DNA of 64,000 bases from a virus, in the IMG/VR virus record IMGVR_UViG_3300027706_000269, positions 1 to 64,000 of that record. One strand, given 5' to 3'. Numbering within the stretch: position 1 is the first letter of the stretch; each line of letters starts with the position of its first letter. The position numbers and the translations under genes are program-made. Positions 57,338 through 64,000 of this stretch are shown here, in pieces. Under the pieces are notes generated by a model. It ran no database searches and was not told the DNA's origin. It was given only the letters and a program-made list of their open reading frames with translations.

Positions 57338-57964
57338 ATGACCCATTGGTCCGATTTCAACGACGCCGAACAGCAGCAGCACTTCGACCTGATCCCCAAG
57401 GGCACGCTCGCCCGCGTGCGCATGACCCTCAAGCCCGGGGGCTACGACGACCCGGCCCAGGGTTGGACCGGCGGCTACGCCACGCAGAGCTTTGAAACTG
57501 GCTCGGTGTATCTGGCGGCCGAGTTCGTGGTGCTGGAGGGCGAGTACGCCCGGCGCAAGCTGTGGTCGAACATCGGCTTGCACAGCGCGAAGGGCCCGGC
57601 CTGGGGCCAGATGGGGCGCAGCTTCGTGCGCGCCGTGCTCAATTCCGCCCGCAACGTCCATCCGCAGGACATGAGCCCGCAGGCCGCCGCCGCGCGGCGC
57701 ATCCAGGGCTTCCACGAGCTCGACGGCATCGAGTTTGCGGCCCGCATCGACGTCGAGAAGGACGGCCGCGGCGAGTTGAAGAACGTCATCCGAAACGCCG
57801 TCGAGCCCGACCACCCGGACTACGCCCGCCTGATGGGGCTGCCGCCGAAGAACCCCGGCAGTGGTTCCACCGGCGCGCCCGCCGCAGCAACCCCGCCGCG
57901 CACGACGCCGCCCGTCAACCCGCAACGCCCCGCCATGCCGGGCAAGCCCGCCTGGGCGCAGTGA
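57338..57964 (+). CDS. SSB-like protein (B)
   Basis: Homologue of 9429-10034. Confidence 0.7.
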   Translation: MTHWSDFNDAEQQQHFDLIPKGTLARVRMTLKPGGYDDPAQGWTGGYATQSFETGSVYLAAEFVVLEGEYARRKLWSNIGLHSAKGPAWGQMGRSFVRAVLNSARNVHPQDMSPQAAAARRIQGFHELDGIEFAARIDVEKDGRGELKNVIRNAVEPDHPDYARLMGLPPKNPGSGSTGAPAAATPPRTTPPVNPQRPAMPGKPAWAQ

Positions 57965-57975
57965 GAGGAGGGTCA

Positions 57976-58491
57976 GTGAAGTGTTGGGTCTGCAAACGAC
58001 AGGCGCGCGGCTACGGCCACTCGGACCTTCGGCATCCGGTGGGCGACGCCCGGCGCTATCCGATCGACTGGGTGTTCTGCTCGCGGCGTTGCCAGGAGGC
58101 GTTTCATGCGCTCTACGGTCAGTGGCTGCGGGTGCGGGACGGACGCCCACCCCTCGGGGAGGTCGCGATGATCGACCCGTCTGACGTCGAAATGGCCGCG
58201 ATGAGGAAGTGCCTCAAGGCCTTCGGCGCGGCGGCAGAACGCATCGGCTTCGACAAGCCCCTCGGCGCGTACTCCGAGGACGAGGCGCTCCAGGTGATCG
58301 ACGCCATCGTCACCTGCTACACGGACGCGATGGTCGAGCACCACGAAGCGACCAAGTACCCGCCGGTGCGGGGCTTGAAAGACCCGGTGTCCGACCCCTT
58401 CGCCGACCTCGAGGACGATCTGCCGTGGGAGGAGCCGAAGGCTCAAGCGCAGACGGCACGCACGGCAGCACCCAAGGAGGCGCGGCGATGA
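57976..58491 (+). CDS. DUF6511-like protein (B)
   Basis: Homologue of 10044-10553. GGAGG RBS, GTG start. Confidence 0.75.
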   Translation: MKCWVCKRQARGYGHSDLRHPVGDARRYPIDWVFCSRRCQEAFHALYGQWLRVRDGRPPLGEVAMIDPSDVEMAAMRKCLKAFGAAAERIGFDKPLGAYSEDEALQVIDAIVTCYTDAMVEHHEATKYPPVRGLKDPVSDPFADLEDDLPWEEPKAQAQTARTAAPKEARR

Positions 58492-59234
58492 TGGACTTCA
58501 ACGCCTCCAAGAGCCTGTCGGGTCAGGTCACGGCGCTGATCGATGCCGGGATGCAGCAGTCTCGCGCGGCGCAGCCTCGCCGCACGTACCTGGGCGCCTC
58601 GCGCCTCGGGGCCGCGTGCGAGCGCGCGCTGCAATACGAGGTCGCCGACGCCCCGGTCGATCCGGGTCGCGAGACCGACGGTCGCATGCTGCGCGTCTTC
58701 GAGCGCGGCCACCTTATGGAGGACTGCATGGTCGGATGGCTGCGCGCGGCGGGCTTCGATCTGCGCACGCGCGACGACGCGGGCGAGCAATTCGGCTTCT
58801 CGGCGCTGGACGGGCGCCTGCAGGGCCACGTCGATGGCGTGCTCGTCGCCGGGCCCGACCTCGGCTTTGGGGCCGGCTATCCCGCGCTGTGGGAGAACAA
58901 GTGCCTGGGCGCCAAATCGTGGCGCGAGTTGGAGAGACATCGCCTCGCGGTCGCCAAGCCCGTCTATGCCGCCCAGGTCGCGCTCTACCAGGCCTATCTC
59001 GAACTGCACGCGCACCCGGCCCTGTTCACGGCGGTAAACGCCGACACCATGGAGATCCACGCCGAGCTGGTGCCGTTCGATGCGGCGTTGGCGCAGCGCA
59101 TGTCCGACCGGGCGGTGAAGGTCATCACGGCCACCGAGGCGGGCGAACTGCTGCCGCGCTCGTTCTCCGATCCCACCCATGTCGAGTGCCGGATGTGCCC
59201 GTGGCAGGACCGGTGCTGGAGGGCTGCGGCATGA
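58488..59234 (+). CDS. Cas4-like exonuclease (B)
   Basis: Homologue of 10550-11296. Confidence 0.85.
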   Translation: MMDFNASKSLSGQVTALIDAGMQQSRAAQPRRTYLGASRLGAACERALQYEVADAPVDPGRETDGRMLRVFERGHLMEDCMVGWLRAAGFDLRTRDDAGEQFGFSALDGRLQGHVDGVLVAGPDLGFGAGYPALWENKCLGAKSWRELERHRLAVAKPVYAAQVALYQAYLELHAHPALFTAVNADTMEIHAELVPFDAALAQRMSDRAVKVITATEAGELLPRSFSDPTHVECRMCPWQDRCWRAAA

Positions 59235-59485
59235 GGACCCGATCCGTATCGACGACGGGCGCGATTGGCGAGCCCATGATCGACGCCAAGCAAGCCGCGG
59301 CCAGCCTGCGCCTGCCGTACTACTGGTTCGCCGATCCAATGATGCGCGCCAAGCACCGCATCCCGCACTACCTTCTGGGTGGGCTGGTGCGCTACCGGCT
59401 GTCGGAACTGCAGGTTTGGGCCTCGCACCACGCGAGAGCCATGGCCCGCAGCGCGTCGGATGGCAGCGAGGAGGGCGGTGCATGA
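59231..59485 (+). CDS. Small excisionase-like protein (B)
   Basis: Homologue of 11293-11544. Confidence 0.75.
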   Translation: MRTRSVSTTGAIGEPMIDAKQAAASLRLPYYWFADPMMRAKHRIPHYLLGGLVRYRLSELQVWASHHARAMARSASDGSEEGGA

Positions 59486-61752
59486 TCGATTTCAACGCTC
59501 TCCCGGACCCGCCCGCCGACGCCGACCCCACCGCGCGCCGCGAGGAGATTCGCGCCGCCCTGCTCGCGAGGCTGGAGTCGGTGCTGTTCACCCTGTTCCC
59601 CGCTGGAAAGAAGCGCCGCGGCAAGTTCTTCATCGGCGACGTGCTCGGCAGCCCGGGCGACAGCCTGGAGGTCGTGCTCGACGGCGACAAGGCGGGACTC
59701 TGGACCGACCGTGCCGAAGGCTCCGGCGGCGATGTGTTCCACCTGATCGGCGCCCACTTCGGCGTGGACGTGCACGGCGACTTCGCCCGCGTCCTCGACC
59801 TGGCCGAGGACCTCGTCGGCCGAGCGCCCACGGCGCCGCCGCGCAAGGCGGCCAAGAAGGCCCCGATCGACGACCTCGGCCCGGCCACCGCCAAGTGGGA
59901 CTACCTCGACGCACAAGGGCGCCTCATCGCCGTGGTCTACCGCTACGACCCGCCCGGGCGCAAGAAGGAATTCCGGCCCTGGGACGCCAAACGGCGCAAG
60001 ATGGCCCCGCCCGAGCCGCGGCCGCTGTACAACCAGCCGGGGATCCAGGACGCCGCCCAGGTCGTGCTGGTCGAGGGCGAGAAATGCGCCCAGGCCTTGA
60101 TCGAGCTCGGGATCGTGGCCACCACCGCGATGCACGGGGCGAATGCGCCCGTGGACAAGACCGATTGGTCGCCGCTGGCGGGCAAGGCCGTCCTCCTCTG
60201 GCCCGATCGCGACAAACCCGGCTGGGACTATGCGATGGCCGCGGCGCAGGCCGCACTCGCCGCCGGCGCCGCCTCCTGCGACGTGCTGCTGCCGCCCGAC
60301 GACAAGCCCGAGGGGTGGGACGCGGCCGACGCCGTCGCCCAAGGCTTCGACGTCGCCGCCTTCATCGCCTCGGGCCCGCGGATGAGCATCAAGCCAGCAC
60401 TTGGGCAGCCCACGCAGGAGCCTTCCGTCTGGGCCACCGACGACGCGCTGGCGCTGAGCTTCACCAGCCGCTACAGCGAAGACTGGCGCTACTGCGCCGC
60501 CTGGGGCAAGTGGCTGGTGTGGGACGGCCGGCGCTGGCAGGCGGACGAGACGCTGTTGGTGCACCACCTCATCCGGGCGATCTGCCGCGAGGCCGCCCTC
60601 AAGGCCGACTCCCACCGGCTGGCGGCCAAGCTCGCCGCGAGCAGCACGGTCGGCGGCGTGGAGCGGCTGGCGCGCACCGACCGGCGGCACGCCTCCACCT
60701 CGCAGGAGTGGGACGCGGATCTGTTCGCGCTCAACACGCCGGGCGGCGTGGTCGACCTGCGCACCGGGCGGCTGCGTCCCCACGACCGCGCCGACCGCAT
60801 GACCAAGCTCGCCACCGCCACGCCCCGCGGCGACTGCCCCCGCTGGCGGGCGTTCCTGGCCGACGTCACCGGGGGCGATACCGACCTGCAGGCCTACCTG
60901 CAGCGCATGGTGGGCTATTGCCTCACCGGCTCGACGGCGGCGCATGCGCTGTTCTTCCTCTACGGCACCGGCGCCAACGGCAAGTCGGTGTTCGTGAACA
61001 CCTTGGCCACGATCCTCGGCGACTACGCCACCAGCGCGCCGATGGACACCTTCATGGAGGCGCGCGGCGACCGGCATCCGACCGATCTCGCGGGCCTGCG
61101 CGGGGCGCGCTTCGTCTCCTCCATCGAGACCGAGCAGGGCCGGCGCTGGAACGAGTCCAAGGTCAAGGCGATCACCGGCGGCGACAAGGTCTCGGCGCGC
61201 TTCATGCGCCAGGACTTCTTCGAGTACACGCCCCAGTTCAAGCTGGTCATCGCCGGCAACCACAAGCCCGCGATCCGCAACGTGGACGAGGCGATGAAGC
61301 GCCGGCTGCACCTGATCCCCTTCACCGTGACCATCCCGCCCGAGCGGCGCGACGCCGGGCTCACCGACAAGCTCCTGGCCGAACGCGACGGGATCCTCGC
61401 CTGGGCGGTGCAGGGCTGTCTGGCCTGGCAGCGCGAGGGGCTCCGGCCCCCGGCCAGCGTGGTGTCGGCCACCGCCGAGTACTTCGACGAGGAGGACGCC
61501 GTCGGCGACTTCCTGGACGAAGAGGCGCAGCGCCACCCGCAGGCCCGCGTGGCCGTGGCCGACGTGTTCCAGCGCTGGCAGGACTGGGCCGGCCGGCGCG
61601 GCGAGTACGTGGGCACAAGCCGCTGGCTCGCGCAGCAACTGGCCAACCGCGGCTTCGAGCGCACGCGCATCCACGGCGGCGTCAAGGCCCTGGCGGGCCT
61701 GTCGCTCAAGCCCAAGGACTCCGGCGTACGGCTCCCGTACCGCGACGACTGA
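59482..61752 (+). CDS. P4-family primase-helicase (B)
   Basis: TOPRIM and GTGANGKS motifs; C terminus diverged from the A protein. Confidence 0.93.
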   Translation: MIDFNALPDPPADADPTARREEIRAALLARLESVLFTLFPAGKKRRGKFFIGDVLGSPGDSLEVVLDGDKAGLWTDRAEGSGGDVFHLIGAHFGVDVHGDFARVLDLAEDLVGRAPTAPPRKAAKKAPIDDLGPATAKWDYLDAQGRLIAVVYRYDPPGRKKEFRPWDAKRRKMAPPEPRPLYNQPGIQDAAQVVLVEGEKCAQALIELGIVATTAMHGANAPVDKTDWSPLAGKAVLLWPDRDKPGWDYAMAAAQAALAAGAASCDVLLPPDDKPEGWDAADAVAQGFDVAAFIASGPRMSIKPALGQPTQEPSVWATDDALALSFTSRYSEDWRYCAAWGKWLVWDGRRWQADETLLVHHLIRAICREAALKADSHRLAAKLAASSTVGGVERLARTDRRHASTSQEWDADLFALNTPGGVVDLRTGRLRPHDRADRMTKLATATPRGDCPRWRAFLADVTGGDTDLQAYLQRMVGYCLTGSTAAHALFFLYGTGANGKSVFVNTLATILGDYATSAPMDTFMEARGDRHPTDLAGLRGARFVSSIETEQGRRWNESKVKAITGGDKVSARFMRQDFFEYTPQFKLVIAGNHKPAIRNVDEAMKRRLHLIPFTVTIPPERRDAGLTDKLLAERDGILAWAVQGCLAWQREGLRPPASVVSATAEYFDEEDAVGDFLDEEAQRHPQARVAVADVFQRWQDWAGRRGEYVGTSRWLAQQLANRGFERTRIHGGVKALAGLSLKPKDSGVRLPYRDD

Positions 61753-61759
61753 CCACCCA

Positions 61760-61860
61760 CGGTGACCGAAGGTGACTGGCCCAGGGATTGAATCGCTTTA
61801 CGCGCGTACGCGCGCGCGGGCGGAAGGGATATTCCCCACGGCGGTCACCTTCGGTCACCG
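61760..61860. other. Putative replication origin of prophage B
   Basis: Perfect 17-bp inverted repeat CGGTGACCGAAGGTGAC (61760-61776 / 61844-61860) around a 20-nt alternating tract (61799-61818). Confidence 0.65.
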
Positions 61861-61890
61861 GCATGAGAACACGAACGAAGGACTGCAACG

Positions 61891-62367
61891 ATGACAGCAA
61901 CGATCCTGGCCCTCGACCTGGGCACCACCAGCGGTTGGGCGCTGCGCGACCGCACCGGCCGCATCACCAGCGGCAGCCAATCCTTCAAGCCACAGCGATT
62001 CGAAGGCGGCGGCATGCGCTACCTGCGCTTTGGCCGTTGGATTTCTGAAATTCAGACATCGGTTTCTGAACTTCAGTTTTTGTACTTCGAGGAAGTGCGC
62101 CGCCACGCCTCCACCGATGCCGCGCACGCCTACGGCGGGTTCCTCGCCACGCTCACGGCCTGGTGCGAGCACCACGGCGTCCCCTACCAGGGCGTGCCGG
62201 TGGGCACGATCAAGAAGCACGTCACCGGTAAGGGCAATGCGAGCAAGGACGAGATGATGGCGGCCATGCGCGCGCGCGGCTACCTGCCCACCGACGACAA
62301 CGAAGCCGACGCCCTGGCGCTGTTGCACTGGGCCATCCAGCAGCACGACGCGGCGCAGGAGGCGTGA
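61891..62367 (+). CDS. RuvC-like resolvase (B)
   Basis: Homologue of 13963-14439. Confidence 0.82.
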   Translation: MTATILALDLGTTSGWALRDRTGRITSGSQSFKPQRFEGGGMRYLRFGRWISEIQTSVSELQFLYFEEVRRHASTDAAHAYGGFLATLTAWCEHHGVPYQGVPVGTIKKHVTGKGNASKDEMMAAMRARGYLPTDDNEADALALLHWAIQQHDAAQEA

Positions 62368-62368
62368 G

Positions 62369-62578
62369 ATGGACATCCCGACTCCTCGCTACCGCTGCCC
62401 GCTGGGGCGCCTGCAGCCCGAGCCGATGGACGTGGAGGCCGTCAAACGCCGCGGCTGGCGCGAGCAACGCCTGCTCGTCGTCTGCCTCGACGACGACCGG
62501 CTCGACGGGATGGAACGCGAGCTGATCCGCCGAATCGGCGAGCGGCTCTACGGTGCACGGGAGGCGCGCCATGGCTGA
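62369..62578 (+). CDS. Small hypothetical protein (B)
   Basis: Homologue of 14441-14650. Confidence 0.75.
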   Translation: MDIPTPRYRCPLGRLQPEPMDVEAVKRRGWREQRLLVVCLDDDRLDGMERELIRRIGERLYGAREARHG

Positions 62579-62990
62579 GTGGACCGTCGAGCGGGTGGCC
62601 GAACGCTTCCGGGAGGCGGCCATCACCGCCCACCGATTGCCGCCCGTGCGCGTGCAGGGCTACTTCAACACCTGGCCCGCGATCCGGCGCATGCCCTGGG
62701 AGACGCTGGGGGCCGAGCCGACGATCCGGCGCTTCCCGCCCAGCCCCGAGGCCATCGAGCGCATGCTCGAGACCATGCGCTGGGTCTTGTGGCTGGAGGA
62801 AGAGGAACGCCACCTGGTATGGATGCGCGCCGAGCGCCACCGCTGGCGCGAGATCTGCGCCCGCTTCGGCTGCGACCGGACCACCGCCTGGCGGCGGTGG
62901 CAGCGGGCGCTCTCGATCGTGGCCGACCGTCTGAACGGAGAGCAAGGAACTTCTCGACACATGGTGCCACTAAGTGGCATACTTCGCTAA
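62571..62990 (+). CDS. Putative late-gene regulator (B)
   Basis: Homologue of 14643-15059. Confidence 0.72.
   Translation: MAEWTVERVAERFREAAITAHRLPPVRVQGYFNTWPAIRRMPWETLGAEPTIRRFPPSPEAIERMLETMRWVLWLEEEERHLVWMRAERHRWREICARFGCDRTTAWRRWQRALSIVADRLNGEQGTSRHMVPLSGILR
62954..62983 (+). promoter_or_regulatory. TA promoter with palindromic operator
   Basis: TCGACA-18 bp-CATACT, with TGCCACT-A-AGTGGCA at 62965-62979. Confidence 0.6.
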
Positions 62991-63373
62991 TGAGAAGAGT
63001 CTTCAAGACGCGCCACTTCGCTCGTTGGATGCGCAAGACCGAACTGACAGACGCCGGGTTGTGTCAAGCGGTCGAGGAGATGGCCGCGGGCCTCATCGAT
63101 GCCGACCTGGGCGGTGGCGTGGTGAAAAAGCGCGTGGGCTTGGCTGGCCGCGGCAAGCGTGGTGGCGCGCGCACCTTGATCGCCACCAACAAGGGCGATC
63201 GCTGGTTCTTCGTCTACGGCTTCGAGAAAAACGAGCGGGCCAACATCGATGACGAGGAACTGGAAGCGCTGCAGGATCTGGCCGCCGATCTGCTGGCCCG
63301 TCCCGCGCGCCAGTTGGATGAATCCGTTGCCGACGGAACATTGCAGGAGATTTGCCATGACAAACGAGCCTAA
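62990..63373 (+). CDS. higB: RelE/HigB-family toxin
   Basis: FKTRHFARW, DADLGGGVVKKRV, GKRGGAR and FEKNERANI; toxin precedes antitoxin. Confidence 0.85.
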   Translation: MRRVFKTRHFARWMRKTELTDAGLCQAVEEMAAGLIDADLGGGVVKKRVGLAGRGKRGGARTLIATNKGDRWFFVYGFEKNERANIDDEELEALQDLAADLLARPARQLDESVADGTLQEICHDKRA

Positions 63374-63680
63374 GTCCAAGAGCCGCCTGCTCGAAGCCGT
63401 TCACGAAACGGCGCGCGACCTGCATCGCCTGGGCTTCATCGACAAGCGCAAGATGCGCAAGTACGACGCGCTGTGCCTGGAGCCGGTGCATGAATACGAC
63501 GCTGAGAAAGTGCGCGCCTTGCGCGAACGCCTGCACTTGAGTCAGGCCGTGCTGGCATCGGTCCTCAACACCAGCGTCTCGACCGTGCGCAAGTGGGAAG
63601 TGGGCGACAAGAAGCCCAGTGGTCCCTCGCAGAAGCTGCTCGACCTCATCGAACGCAAGGGGCTGGAGGCGGTGCTCTGA
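63357..63680 (+). CDS. higA: XRE-HTH antitoxin
   Basis: LSQAVLASVLNTSVSTVRKWEVGDKKPSGPS. Confidence 0.85.
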   Translation: MTNEPKSKSRLLEAVHETARDLHRLGFIDKRKMRKYDALCLEPVHEYDAEKVRALRERLHLSQAVLASVLNTSVSTVRKWEVGDKKPSGPSQKLLDLIERKGLEAVL

Positions 63681-63777
63681 TGGGGTAGCTCTTCCAAACC
63701 CATGCGCAACGTTGATGAACGCAGGGCGCGCTGACAGACAGTTTCGGACTGGATGCAAATCCGGGGTCGTTCAGGGG

Positions 63778-63808
63778 TGCAACAAAGCAGGCCGATCAGG
63801 GGTAGTAT
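63778..63808 (+). promoter_or_regulatory. Putative late promoter (B)
   Basis: TGCAACAAA...TAGTAT, as at 15118. Confidence 0.55.
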
Positions 63809-63862
63809 CTCGGCTAACTTCTGGACAGCGGTGACGGTCGAGGAAGCCGCCCGGCCATTCAC

Positions 63863-63960
63863 GGGTCCTTCCTGGCGACCCAGCCATGCGGGGGGCGCGA
63901 GCGCGGCGCTTCGATAGCGTCAGGGTGCAAACCGAGGTTTGCAGGGTTTGCGGTTTGCAG
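63863..63960 (+). other. cos site of prophage B
   Basis: ACGGGTCCTT, the identical ATGCGGGGGGCGCGAGCGCGGC core at the same spacing, and TGCAAACC + GGTTTGC repeats. Confidence 0.75.
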
Positions 63961-64000
63961 CCCTCCAGCCCGAGACCTTCTCCCCGACACCCCCAGCCCG

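Larger units (their letters stand above)
48140..64000. mobile_element. Prophage B: related tandem prophage, truncated by the window end just after cos
   Basis: Gene-for-gene homologues of 1-15300 in the same order, with clear sequence divergence and different accessory genes. Confidence 0.92.

Noticed and set aside
59379-61775. Long alternative-frame and antisense ORFs (also 8553-10520, 20329-22308, 24967-26721, 51359-53620)
   Set aside because: They overlap well-supported genes, lack motifs and are expected shadows of high-GC codon bias.
48469-64000. Prophage B as an assembly duplication of A
   Set aside because: Many synonymous differences and distinct accessory modules show it is a separate element. 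Adjacency still merits long-read confirmation.

Overview
The window holds two related but diverged lambda-like temperate siphophage prophages in direct tandem, in a high-GC genome (probably a betaproteobacterium; this is inference). Prophage A (1 to ~48,100; left att outside the window) looks complete. It carries a DUF2924/large serine recombinase module, an atypical immunity region, a Sak4/SSB/Cas4-like recombination block, a P4-type primase-helicase, a lambda-type cos site, two ParB-fused DNA methyltransferases, leftward morons, lambda-type head genes, a non-contractile tail, lysis genes and an AhdI-like M+S+R restriction-modification moron. Prophage B (~48,140 to beyond the window end) repeats the integration, early and replication modules, adds a HigBA toxin-antitoxin pair and ends just after its cos site. 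Main observations: (1) neither prophage has a cI/cro switch; both carry regulator + PIN nuclease + a homologous uncharacterised ~740-aa protein with a winged-helix-like C terminus, and in A this is followed by helically phased heptamer repeats at the early promoter; (2) a 31-bp promoter/operator motif occurs five times and links the recombinase operon to the leftward morons; (3) both Bro-N genes have a DNA palindrome at the same codons, but with different sequences; (4) identical cos cores lie 48,661 bp apart, so a hybrid genome could be packaged in situ; (5) two GACN5GTC sites sit directly upstream of the RM methylase and predict its specificity. All product calls come from motif recognition and synteny, not database searches.
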